The notes: generated by a model from the sequence alone, not told the origin. A DNA stretch of 64,000 nucleotides from Eubacteriales bacterium (GCA_030694905.1 JAUYTY010000211.1:3652-67651); one strand, 5' to 3'; numbered from the stretch's first letter, positions 27,021-35,502 are shown. Made by a program: numbers and translations.

Positions 27021-28184
27021 ATGAAACATAGATTTATTTCGAAGCGTTACTGGATTGACCAATCAACACCAATGGGCAAGGTGGACGAGCTGTCTAAAGG
27101 ATTCGACGATGTGATCAATCTGAGCCTTGGAGACCCTGACATCATTACAGACAATCTTATTATCGAGCATTCGTTCAAGGATGCAAAAGCGGGTCATACG
27201 AAATATACAGATTTCAGAGGCGATCCGGAGCTGCGTGCCGAGATTCTTAAAACATATAAAGAAGATCACGGTGTTGTATTGGACGATAGTGAAATAATGG
27301 TCGTTGCCAGCGGATGTCTGGCTATGTATCTTGTATTGGAGGCTATCCTTGATGATGGTGATGAGGTAATCATACACGCACCTTATTTTACACCTTATTT
27401 GCAGCAGATTGAACTGGCTCGAGGAATTCCAACAGTCCTGGATACACTGGAGGAAGAGGATTTTCAGATAAATGTTGAAAGATTGGAGCAGCTCATAACC
27501 GAAAGAACCAAGGCAATCATCGTCAACACGCCCAATAATCCTTCCGGAGCCTGCTTTACAAGAGACACTATGGAAAAGGTCGCTCGCTTGGCTATAAAGC
27601 ATGACTTGATCATTATTGCAGATGACATATATGGGTCATACAGCTTTTCCGAGCCATTCATCCCAATGATCACAAATGAAAGCGTAAGAGACCGGACCAT
27701 CACCATCAACAGTTTTTCCAAAGACTACGCCATGACAGGCTGGCGTATCGGCAATATAATTGCACCCGACTATATCATCCGCATCGTGCAACAAATCAAC
27801 GAAAATGTGGTTTTTACAGCCCCCTCTATATCACAAAGAGCTGCAATCTATGCTTTGCGCAATAGGCACAGCATCCAGCCTGGGTTGGTAGAGGAGTATA
27901 GAAAGAGAGTCATGTATGCTGCTGAAAGAATCAACAGCATTCCAAACATGTCTGTCTTGCTGCCAAAGGGGACTTTCTATCTGTTTGTCAACATCAAAAA
28001 AACCGATCTGACATCAATGGCGGCTTCCGATGCGATTTTAAGGGAAGCTCATGTATTGACCATTCCGGGTAACGCTTTTGGCGATTGTGGGGAAGGCTAT
28101 ATAAGAATTGCCTGCACCGTCGGTGTTGAAAAGTTGAAATTGGCTTTTGACCGCATTTCCAAGATGTCCCTGTTCTCAAAATAA
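27021..28184 (+). CDS. Class I/II PLP-dependent aminotransferase
   Basis: 387 aa with NTPNNPSGA and SFSKDYAMTGWRIG motifs. It lies upstream of aroF-tyrA, so an aromatic substrate is possible but unproven. Confidence 0.8.
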   Translation: MKHRFISKRYWIDQSTPMGKVDELSKGFDDVINLSLGDPDIITDNLIIEHSFKDAKAGHTKYTDFRGDPELRAEILKTYKEDHGVVLDDSEIMVVASGCLAMYLVLEAILDDGDEVIIHAPYFTPYLQQIELARGIPTVLDTLEEEDFQINVERLEQLITERTKAIIVNTPNNPSGACFTRDTMEKVARLAIKHDLIIIADDIYGSYSFSEPFIPMITNESVRDRTITINSFSKDYAMTGWRIGNIIAPDYIIRIVQQINENVVFTAPSISQRAAIYALRNRHSIQPGLVEEYRKRVMYAAERINSIPNMSVLLPKGTFYLFVNIKKTDLTSMAASDAILREAHVLTIPGNAFGDCGEGYIRIACTVGVEKLKLAFDRISKMSLFSK

Positions 28185-28216
28185 TGTGGATTAATATGGA
28201 ATTAACAAAATAATGA

Positions 28217-28244
28217 TTGACTATCATTTCAGTTGTGTTATAAT
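28217..28244 (+). promoter_or_regulatory. Strong sigma-A promoter with an extended -10
   Basis: TTGACT - 16 nt - (TGt)TATAAT. It sits between the aminotransferase stop and the mini-ORF. Confidence 0.65.
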
Positions 28245-28271
28245 TCTTTTAATAATGTTAGGGAGAATACA

Positions 28272-28361
28272 ATGATTAATCGACAATCACAACTTAACAA
28301 TTGCACATATTATGCTTATTATCTTGGCTATCGTAGCGAAGATGAATTAAGGTGCAATTGA
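28272..28361 (+). CDS. Candidate Tyr-rich leader peptide (29 aa: MINRQSQLNNCTYYAYYLGYRSEDELRCN)
   Basis: GGGAG RBS 6 nt upstream of the ATG. Five Tyr within 8 consecutive codons. It lies between a promoter and a terminator, directly upstream of the DAHP synthase and prephenate dehydrogenase genes. Confidence 0.5.
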   Translation: MINRQSQLNNCTYYAYYLGYRSEDELRCN

Positions 28362-28420
28362 ATAGAAGGTTGTTAGGATTAATGGGTTAGTTGTATCATC
28401 TCGATAGAAATATTGATTTT

Positions 28421-28448
28421 AGAGGACTCGTTAAGAGTCCTTTTTTTT
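28421..28448 (+). terminator. Rho-independent terminator/attenuator 25 nt upstream of the aroF start
   Basis: AGAGGACTC-GTTAA-GAGTCCTTT stem-loop followed by a T8 run. Confidence 0.65.
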
Positions 28449-28472
28449 AATCGAAAACAGGAGGGTAAGAAA

Positions 28473-29489
28473 ATGATAGTTGTTTTTAAGAAAAATGCGG
28501 ATATCAAAGAAATTGAATTATTGAGAAAGTCGTTGGAGCAAAAGGGATTTCATATTCACGAGTCTCTTGGTGAAAACCATTATCTTTTCGGACTTGTAGG
28601 TGATACGTCAATACTTGATCCGGGAATACTGAGAGCCCAGCCCATTGTCGACAAGGTCGTTTTTGTTCAGGAGCCCTATAAGAAAGCCAATCGCCGGTTT
28701 AATCCCGAAGATCTGGTAGTGGATGTTGATGGCCATAAATTGGGTGGCGGCTTTTTTTCAGTGATTGCAGGTCCCTGTTCTGTGGAAAGCAGAGATCAGA
28801 TGACTTCAATAGCCCGTAGCGTCAAGGCTTCAGGTGCTGGAATGATGAGAGGCGGCGCCTTTAAGCCTAGGTCTTCACCTTACAGCTTCCAAGGAATGGG
28901 ACCTGAGGCTCTCGATATTCTTATCGAGGCGAAAAAAGAGACGGGTCTTCCTATTGTGACGGAAATCATGTCTGTCAATCAATTGGAAAAGTATCATGAA
29001 ATGATTGATGTCATCCAAATAGGCGCTAGAAATATGCAAAACTTCGACTTGCTCAAAGAAGTTGGCAGGCTGAGAAAACCTGTCCTGTTGAAGCGGGGCA
29101 TGTCCGCTACCTTGGAAGAGCTGCTGATGTCCGCAGAATATATATTGGCAGGAGGAAACAGCAATGTCATCCTTTGCGAAAGAGGTATAAGAAGCTACCA
29201 GGGCGAGACCAGAAACCTGCTTGACCTGAGTGCGGTTCCAATTCTCAAGAGCAAGACTCATCTGCCGGTCATCGTTGACCCAAGTCATGCCACAGGCATA
29301 TGGTCGCTGGTTGAACCCATGTCGAAGGCGGCAGTCGCTGCTGGAGCGGATGGTCTTATTATCGAGGTCCACAATGATCCTAACAATGCTTTGTGCGATG
29401 GCGACCAGTCAATCAAGCCTGAAAAATTTGATTGTCTGATGAAAAAACTGGAAAAATACCTAGTATTAGAAAACAAGATATTAAACTAA
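28473..29489 (+). CDS. aroF: 3-deoxy-7-phosphoheptulonate (DAHP) synthase, type I-beta with an N-terminal ferredoxin-like regulatory domain
   Basis: Start at MIVVFKKNADIKEI after GGAGGG. The regulatory N-domain resembles the Thermotoga-type enzyme. Catalytic KPRSSPYSFQG motif is present. Confidence 0.9.
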   Translation: MIVVFKKNADIKEIELLRKSLEQKGFHIHESLGENHYLFGLVGDTSILDPGILRAQPIVDKVVFVQEPYKKANRRFNPEDLVVDVDGHKLGGGFFSVIAGPCSVESRDQMTSIARSVKASGAGMMRGGAFKPRSSPYSFQGMGPEALDILIEAKKETGLPIVTEIMSVNQLEKYHEMIDVIQIGARNMQNFDLLKEVGRLRKPVLLKRGMSATLEELLMSAEYILAGGNSNVILCERGIRSYQGETRNLLDLSAVPILKSKTHLPVIVDPSHATGIWSLVEPMSKAAVAAGADGLIIEVHNDPNNALCDGDQSIKPEKFDCLMKKLEKYLVLENKILN

Positions 29490-29498
29490 GGTGAAGCC

Positions 29499-30365
29499 AT
29501 GAATTTTAACGATATGAACATAACCATTGTCGGACTGGGTATGGAGGGTGGTTCCTATGCTATAGCAATCAACCATTACATCAGGCCCAAAAATCTCTTT
29601 GCCATCGATATAAATGAAAATATACTGATAGCCGCTGAAAAGTTGGGTGTTATACAGAAAGGAAGCACCGAGCCCAAAGACATTTTACCCCAATCGGATT
29701 TGGTGATCATGTGCATATACCCCTCTGATATCATCGATTTTATCAGAGATCACATGGCATTGTTCAAGCCTGGAAGCATCATCACCGATGCCGCAGGTGT
29801 GAAGAGAAACATTGTCAACGAAATCGTCGCTATTATACGAGACGACTTGGATTTTGTCCCGGGTCATCCTATGGCTGGAAATGAATTCAAGGGATTTCTA
29901 TACGCAGATCAAAAGATATTTCATGGCAACAGCTATCTTATAACGCCTACCCCAAAGAATAAGGAAGAAAATATAGAATTGATCGAACAGATGGCAAAAC
30001 GCTTTGGATGCTCAAAGGTGTATAGGACAGATATCGAAACCCATGATTCAATGATTGCCTATGCCAGCCAGCTGATGCACGTGATTGCTGTTTCAATCGT
30101 CAACAACGAAAATTTTTCGAATGATATCAACCAATTTATTGGTGGATCCTTCAAGAGTGCAACAAGGGTTGCTAATATCAACCCTGACTTATGGACTGAC
30201 GCCTTCATGCAAAACAGGGATTTTCTAATCAGCCAGATCACTGCTTTCAATGATAACATGGAGCTGGTGAAGAAAGCATTGGTTGAGAAGGATTCTGATA
30301 CGATTTACCAATTCCTTGAAAATAGCAGAATTAAAAGCAACGAATATGTTAGCCGGTTTGAGTGA
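29499..30365 (+). CDS. tyrA: Prephenate dehydrogenase
   Basis: 288 aa with Rossmann motif IVGLGMEGGS and a GHPMAG motif. Confidence 0.85.
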   Translation: MNFNDMNITIVGLGMEGGSYAIAINHYIRPKNLFAIDINENILIAAEKLGVIQKGSTEPKDILPQSDLVIMCIYPSDIIDFIRDHMALFKPGSIITDAAGVKRNIVNEIVAIIRDDLDFVPGHPMAGNEFKGFLYADQKIFHGNSYLITPTPKNKEENIELIEQMAKRFGCSKVYRTDIETHDSMIAYASQLMHVIAVSIVNNENFSNDINQFIGGSFKSATRVANINPDLWTDAFMQNRDFLISQITAFNDNMELVKKALVEKDSDTIYQFLENSRIKSNEYVSRFE

Positions 30366-30385
30366 TGAGAATCAATTGGAAATAG

Positions 30386-30415
30386 CTTGACATACCCCCA
30401 TGGGGTATGTTATAT
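30386..30415 (+). promoter_or_regulatory. Promoter of the ccdA operon, with an embedded 9-3-9 palindrome ACATACCCC-CAT-GGGGTATGT
   Basis: TTGACA (30386..30391) and TTATAT/TATATT (about 30409..30415). A perfect inverted repeat at 30389..30409 fills the spacer. Confidence 0.6.
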
Positions 30416-30437
30416 TTTTAAGAAGGATGGTGACCAT

Positions 30438-31124
30438 ATGACAGATGTATCTTTAATAATAGCATTCTGGGCAGGTATTGTATCATTTTTTTCGCCTTGC
30501 ATCATACCAATGATTCCTGCTTATCTATCATTTATTTCAGGATCTATTTCCGGTGAAAAGCATATGTCATGGCTTAAACCATTTTATCGGACCACTGGAT
30601 TCATTCTTGGATTCAGCATTGTCTTCGTTTTATTGGGTGCTTCCGCAACAACTATTGGCAGGTTTTTATCGTTTAATTTCCTGGTCTTTAGACGAATCAG
30701 CGGTATTGTTATCATCCTATTTGGCCTCTTCATGCTAGATATCCTGAAGATTGATTTTTTAAGAAGAGAAAAAAGACTGAAGGTTCCAAGAATTGTAGAC
30801 AGTTATTTTGGTTCGATTCTTCTAGGAATTGCATTTGGCGCTGGATGGACACCATGTATTGGCGCTATACTGGGATCGATTCTAGTATTTGCAGGTACCC
30901 AACAGACATTAGGCCAAGGCGTGATATTGCTTGTAGCGTATTCAGCAGGTTTATCCGTCCCATTCCTTACAGCCTCATTGTTTATAGGAAAGTTCACAAG
31001 TCATTTGGAGAAAATTGAAAAATTTTCTGGTGTATTGAATAAAATCGGCGGTATCATGCTCATTGTATTAGGCGTATTGATCTATACCAATAGATTGGTC
31101 TCTCTAATCGGATACTTATTATAG
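30438..31124 (+). CDS. ccdA: Cytochrome c biogenesis / thiol-disulfide electron transporter CcdA (DsbD family)
   Basis: Start at MTDVSLIIAFWAG. SPC...P motifs (FFSPCIIPMIPAY; GWTPCIG). Six predicted TM segments. Confidence 0.85.
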   Translation: MTDVSLIIAFWAGIVSFFSPCIIPMIPAYLSFISGSISGEKHMSWLKPFYRTTGFILGFSIVFVLLGASATTIGRFLSFNFLVFRRISGIVIILFGLFMLDILKIDFLRREKRLKVPRIVDSYFGSILLGIAFGAGWTPCIGAILGSILVFAGTQQTLGQGVILLVAYSAGLSVPFLTASLFIGKFTSHLEKIEKFSGVLNKIGGIMLIVLGVLIYTNRLVSLIGYLL

Positions 31125-31135
31125 GTGGTGAAAAA

Positions 31136-31717
31136 ATGAAAAAAAGAAACAAACTGATTTTTTTAATATTGATTCTTATATTGTCGTTGGCGCTTGCATC
31201 GTGCACAACCCCGTCGCCTGCCAATACAACGGCTCCATCACCATCAACCAGCGGAGCGACAAGCGAAGAATCAGAAACAGAGGAACCGGTAAGAGAAGTC
31301 GTTTACGCTCCCGAATTTGAATTGGAGGATCTGGACGGCAATATAGTCAGACTGGTTGATCTCAAGGGGAAAAATATTCTGGTGAACTTCTGGGCCACAT
31401 GGTGTCCCTTCTGCGTAGATGAAATGCCGGATCTGCAATTGCTTTATGAAAAGTACAAAGATGATGACTTTATCGTTTTGGCAATCAATGTTCAGGAAAG
31501 TGCGGAAAAAGCCAGGGGCTACTTGGAAGAAGCCGGTATTGAACTTCCCGTCTTATTGGATAAGGATTCCAGAATTGCGGCATTATATGGTGCCAATTCC
31601 ATTCCTTTGACAATAGCTGTCAACAAAGACGGTGTCGCAGTAACAGGATACAGAGGAAAATTGACCTTTGAACAGATGGAAACCATGTATAACATGCTAG
31701 TGGATAGCAATAACTAA
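31136..31717 (+). CDS. TlpA/ResA-like thioredoxin-fold thiol-disulfide oxidoreductase, lipoprotein
   Basis: Lipobox LALASC. Active site WATWCPFC. Confidence 0.85.
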   Translation: MKKRNKLIFLILILILSLALASCTTPSPANTTAPSPSTSGATSEESETEEPVREVVYAPEFELEDLDGNIVRLVDLKGKNILVNFWATWCPFCVDEMPDLQLLYEKYKDDDFIVLAINVQESAEKARGYLEEAGIELPVLLDKDSRIAALYGANSIPLTIAVNKDGVAVTGYRGKLTFEQMETMYNMLVDSNN

Positions 31718-31731
31718 GGAGGAGATTTATA

Positions 31732-32031
31732 ATGAATTTAAAGGTGTCACAGGAAGCAGTAGATGCTTTGAAAGCAGTACTTAAAGAAAAAGAAGAAACT
31801 ACCAAATCAGTTCGTGTCAATATCGCAGGTTTTGGCTGAGGCGGCCCTAGATTAGGGCTTGTTCTGGACGAACAAAAAGAAACTGATAAAGTATTTGAAC
31901 AGGATGGCTTGAACTTCCTTGTGGGAGAAGAGCTGATGAGTTACCCTGGTTTTACCGTTGATTATACCAGTTCATTCCTGAGAAAAGGATTTACTGTGGA
32001 TGTCATGGGTTATGCCGGTGGCAGATGCTAG
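31732..32031 (+). CDS. HesB/IscA-like small protein with an in-frame UGA (candidate selenocysteine at codon 36), 99 aa
   Basis: GGAGG RBS, then ATG at 31732. The frame reads ...SVRVNIAGFG-TGA-GGPRLGLVLDEQKETDKVFEQDGLNFLV...GGRC and ends at TAG 32029..32031. TGA at 31837..31839 occupies the position of the first Cys of the HesB/IscA motif. Two hairpins follow the TGA. Confidence 0.65.
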
Positions 32032-32050
32032 TTATTTAAGCAAATATTTA

Positions 32051-32080
32051 GGGCTCTGAATTTCAGAGCCCTTTTATTTT
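32051..32080. terminator. Bidirectional Rho-independent terminator
   Basis: GGGCTCTG-AATTT-CAGAGCCC followed by TTTTATTTT. It lies between convergent genes. Confidence 0.8.
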
Positions 32081-32085
32081 GCTAT

Positions 32086-33276
32086 TTATTTAAGCTTGCT
32101 TAACGCCACTTCCAAGCGGTTCATTCCTTCTATGATATTATCCATAGAATTGGAGTAGGATATGCGTATATTCTCTGGTGCTTCGAATGCCGCACCTGTA
32201 ACGACAGCGATTTTAGCTTCCTCCAAAAGATAGTTTGCCATGTCCAGAGAATTATTGACTGTGAAATTCTTGTATTTTCTGCCATAGAAATAGCTGACAT
32301 TGGGCATCACATAAAAGGCGCCCTTAGGTGTGCTGCAGTGGATATTTTCTATTGCATTTATTCTATCAATAATGTATTTTCTTCTTCTGTAAAACTCGAG
32401 TCTCATAATCTCCACAGACCCTTCGGAATTTGCCAGTGCCTCTATAGAGGCATATTGGGCCGGTGTGTTGGGACTTGTTGTTGTGTTGCCCTGATAATCG
32501 GTCATGGCTTTTATGATTTGTGCCGGTCCGACTGCGTAGCCTATTCTCCAGCCAGTCATGGCATAGGCCTTGGACATGCCATTAATCGTGATGGTTTTAG
32601 CCTTGATTGCAGGTGATAGTGCAGCTACACAGATATTTCTCTCCCCGTCATATATTAGTTTTTCGTATATTTCATCTGAAATGATATAGAAGTCATGCTC
32701 AACAGCCAGCTGGCCCAGTTGTCTCAGGTCTTCCTCGCTGTAAACCGCACCGGTCGGGTTATTGGGTGAATTGATGATGATGGCTTTTGTCTTCTCTGTG
32801 ATGCTTTTTCTTATCTTGTCAACATCCAGTCTGAAGCCGTCCTTTTCATCCAGAGAAACCAAAACAGGTATGCCTTCAGCCAGCTTGATCATTTCCACAT
32901 AACTGACCCAGCAGGGTGTAGGTACGATGACTTCTTCACCCGGGTCTATGATCGCCATGAAAACATTTGTCAGGGATTGCTTGGCACCTGAAGAGACCAC
33001 CACGTCTTTGGGTGTGTAATCAAGGCCATAATCCTTCTTGAATTTTTTGCAGATTTCTTCTCTAAGCTCTATCATGCCGGCTGCTGGTGTGTACCGTGTC
33101 AGTCCCAGTTGATATGCCTCTTCCGCCTTTTGGATGATGTTTATCGGTGTGTTGAAGTCAGGCTCACCAACGTTGAACCCTATGACTTGAATGCCTTGTT
33201 TTTTTAATTCGGCCATTTTCGCAGATTGCTCCAATGTTGCCGAAGGGGTCATGTTTTTGATTCTTTTGCTTATCAT
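32086..33276 (-). CDS. Aspartate aminotransferase (class I/II)
   Basis: 396 aa with NVGEPDF, NSPNNPTGAVY and SKAYAMTGWRIGY motifs. Translationally coupled (ATGA) to hom. Confidence 0.85.
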   Translation of the reverse strand: MISKRIKNMTPSATLEQSAKMAELKKQGIQVIGFNVGEPDFNTPINIIQKAEEAYQLGLTRYTPAAGMIELREEICKKFKKDYGLDYTPKDVVVSSGAKQSLTNVFMAIIDPGEEVIVPTPCWVSYVEMIKLAEGIPVLVSLDEKDGFRLDVDKIRKSITEKTKAIIINSPNNPTGAVYSEEDLRQLGQLAVEHDFYIISDEIYEKLIYDGERNICVAALSPAIKAKTITINGMSKAYAMTGWRIGYAVGPAQIIKAMTDYQGNTTTSPNTPAQYASIEALANSEGSVEIMRLEFYRRRKYIIDRINAIENIHCSTPKGAFYVMPNVSYFYGRKYKNFTVNNSLDMANYLLEEAKIAVVTGAAFEAPENIRISYSNSMDNIIEGMNRLEVALSKLK

Positions 33277-34553
33277 AGTGATTTCTCCACTGTTATTATG
33301 CTGGCAATCTTTAGGACATTACCGTATGTTCTGACTTCCTGCAAGGCTTCATTAATATTCTTTCTTTCAACTTCATGGGTGATAAAAACCAATGGCGCCA
33401 CCAGATCATGCTTATATCTTTGTACGACGGATGCCAGGCTGATGTTGTTTTTCCCGAATATATTGGATATGTAACCCAGAACACCGGGCTTGTCGACGAC
33501 ATCCATCCTTATGTAATATTGACTATAGCCCTTGTTAACAACCTGGTATCTCTTCGTTAAGGGTTGAATCGCTTCTTTAGCTTCGCTGGATATCCCCTTG
33601 GCAATCGCTATAATATCCCCCAACACGGCGCTTCCTGTAGGCATTGCACCGGCTCCCTTTCCATAAAGCATCACTTCACCGACAGCGTTTCCTCTCAACA
33701 TTACTGCATTGTATTCATTTTTCACTGTTGCCAGAGGGTGTGTTTTAGGTATGAATGTGGGATGGACTCTCAGCTCTATCTCATTCTCCCTTTTTTGAGA
33801 AGATGCAATCAGTTTAATAACATATCCAAGCTCATCTGCATATTTTATATCTTCTCTGGAGATATGGGTTATGCCTTCCTTTGGCACTTCGTTCAGGCCA
33901 ATCCTCTGACCGAATCCGATATATGAGAGGATCGCTATTTTATAAGCCGCATCATCACCCTCAATATCCGAGGATGGATCAGCCTCTGCAAATCCCATTT
34001 CCTGAGCTTCCTTGACAGCTTCATCCAGCTCAATACCTCTTTCTGTCATCTGGGTCAGTATGTAATTGGTTGTGCCGTTTACAATGCCGGATATTTCGGT
34101 AAAATCATTTGCCGATAGATTATTGGTCATCGTATTTATAATTGGGATTCCGCCTCCCACACTAGCCTCATACATCAGTCTAACACCGTTCTCAACCGCA
34201 ATGCCTTCAAGCTCTTCGCCATGAGTGGCAATCAAGGCTTTATTGGCTGTTACCACGTGTTTTTTGTTCAACAGCGCGTCTCTCACATATTCAAAGGCAG
34301 GCTCTATTCCCCCCATTAGTTCTACCACAATATCAACATTCTCGTTATTGATGATCTCGTTTGCATCCGTTGTGAATTTAGATTGATCCAGGTCGACATC
34401 TCTGTTTTTATGAAGATTTTTAACCAATACCTTATCTATCTCTAAAATCTTACCCGTTCTACTATGGATTATATCCCGGTTCATTGACATGATGTTAACC
34501 AACCCGGACGCTACAGTCCCCATTCCTAAAATACCTATTCTGACTTTTTCCAT
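33273..34553 (-). CDS. hom: Homoserine dehydrogenase with a C-terminal ACT domain
   Basis: Start at MEKVRIGILGMGTVASG after GGGAGGGAAT. NAD-binding and catalytic domains are recognisable. Confidence 0.9.
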   Translation of the reverse strand: MEKVRIGILGMGTVASGLVNIMSMNRDIIHSRTGKILEIDKVLVKNLHKNRDVDLDQSKFTTDANEIINNENVDIVVELMGGIEPAFEYVRDALLNKKHVVTANKALIATHGEELEGIAVENGVRLMYEASVGGGIPIINTMTNNLSANDFTEISGIVNGTTNYILTQMTERGIELDEAVKEAQEMGFAEADPSSDIEGDDAAYKIAILSYIGFGQRIGLNEVPKEGITHISREDIKYADELGYVIKLIASSQKRENEIELRVHPTFIPKTHPLATVKNEYNAVMLRGNAVGEVMLYGKGAGAMPTGSAVLGDIIAIAKGISSEAKEAIQPLTKRYQVVNKGYSQYYIRMDVVDKPGVLGYISNIFGKNNISLASVVQRYKHDLVAPLVFITHEVERKNINEALQEVRTYGNVLKIASIITVEKSL

Positions 34554-34668
34554 ATTCCCTCCCATTGAATTAATCAACTATTTGTTTTTAATTCGTAGAC
34601 AACTGTTTTTTATTTTAACATCTTAAGAATATATCATAATTTTTCAGACTGTTCAACCACTTAATTAT

Positions 34669-34709
34669 AAAAAAACAAAAAAATCTAGCCGCATAAGACG
34701 TCTAGATTT
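34669..34709 (-). terminator. Rho-independent terminator after the M50 protease gene
   Basis: Minus strand: AAATCTAGACG...CGGCTAGATTT followed by TTTTTTGTTTTTT. Confidence 0.6.
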
Positions 34710-34722
34710 CGAAGTATCAGAA

Positions 34723-35358
34723 CTAAAAAACATTGAATATTGAGAATAGGAAATTGGTGATGCCAAAAACCGGTGGCCCAATAATCCTGCCGATATAGCC
34801 GGTGACCAATAACAGGATCATTCCTATTCTGATTGCCTGCTCGTATTGTCTGAAGAAATTATAGACTCTCCATCCCCCTATGCTTTGAGCGATGTGATGT
34901 CCGTCCAGTGGTGGTATGGGCAGCAGATTGAATATCATAAGGACAATGTTGATCTGAACCACGGCATAAAGCATGGTGATGGCATATTGCCCAGTTTCAG
35001 TAATAAGGAAACTATAGAAATTATTGACCACGAATTTGATAATCAGCACAAAAGCAATGGCTGTCAGGAGATTCATGGTGACACCTGCTAAAGATACGAT
35101 AATATCATCTCTTCTAGGGTTTTTAAAATTTTTGGGGTTAATCATGACTGGCTTGGCCCATCCGAATCCAACAATCATAAGAAACAAAAATCCCATAGGA
35201 TCCAGATGCTTAATAGGATTTAGAGTCAATCTTCCCTGAAGTAGCGGTGTGTCATCTCCCAGCTTGACCGCCGCCAATGCATGTCCATATTCGTGGATGG
35301 ATATGGCAATAAGGATCGCCGGTATGATAAGAAGTTTGGGTAAAAGATTTTGTAGCAT
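34723..35358 (-). CDS. Site-2 protease (M50) family membrane zinc metalloprotease
   Basis: 211 aa with HEYGHAL (HExxH) in the first TM region and a later LLPIPPLDG motif. Confidence 0.8.
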   Translation of the reverse strand: MLQNLLPKLLIIPAILIAISIHEYGHALAAVKLGDDTPLLQGRLTLNPIKHLDPMGFLFLMIVGFGWAKPVMINPKNFKNPRRDDIIVSLAGVTMNLLTAIAFVLIIKFVVNNFYSFLITETGQYAITMLYAVVQINIVLMIFNLLPIPPLDGHHIAQSIGGWRVYNFFRQYEQAIRIGMILLLVTGYIGRIIGPPVFGITNFLFSIFNVF

Positions 35359-35502
35359 ACGTTGCTCCCTTCTTTCTATTGCAATATATAGTCTATCAAC
35401 TTTTTTTTTACTTATTTTTCAAGTATAACAAGTATATCAACCATATCTTAACTTATTATTAAGCGGCAAAAAACAAAAGGACCCGTCCCTTTTGTTTTTT
35501 GA

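Noticed and set aside
28413-28472. The ORF-track N-terminal extension (MILEDSLRVLFFNRKQEGKK) of the DAHP synthase gene.
   Set aside because: It has no RBS and runs straight through the terminator hairpin and T8 tract. The internal ATG at 28473 has a GGAGGG RBS and yields the N-terminus typical of this enzyme type (MIVVFK...).
28220-28472. A possible T-box or other riboswitch upstream of aroF.
   Set aside because: No T-box sequence (GGTGGNACCGCG-like), AGAGA/GNUGGA elements or specifier-loop architecture could be found. The region is short (about 200 nt) and is better explained by the mini-ORF plus terminator.
30387-30437. The track N-terminal extension of ccdA (MTYPHGVCYIFKKDGDH).
   Set aside because: It would be translated from the promoter/palindrome itself. 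The ATG at 30438 yields the hydrophobic CcdA N-terminus.
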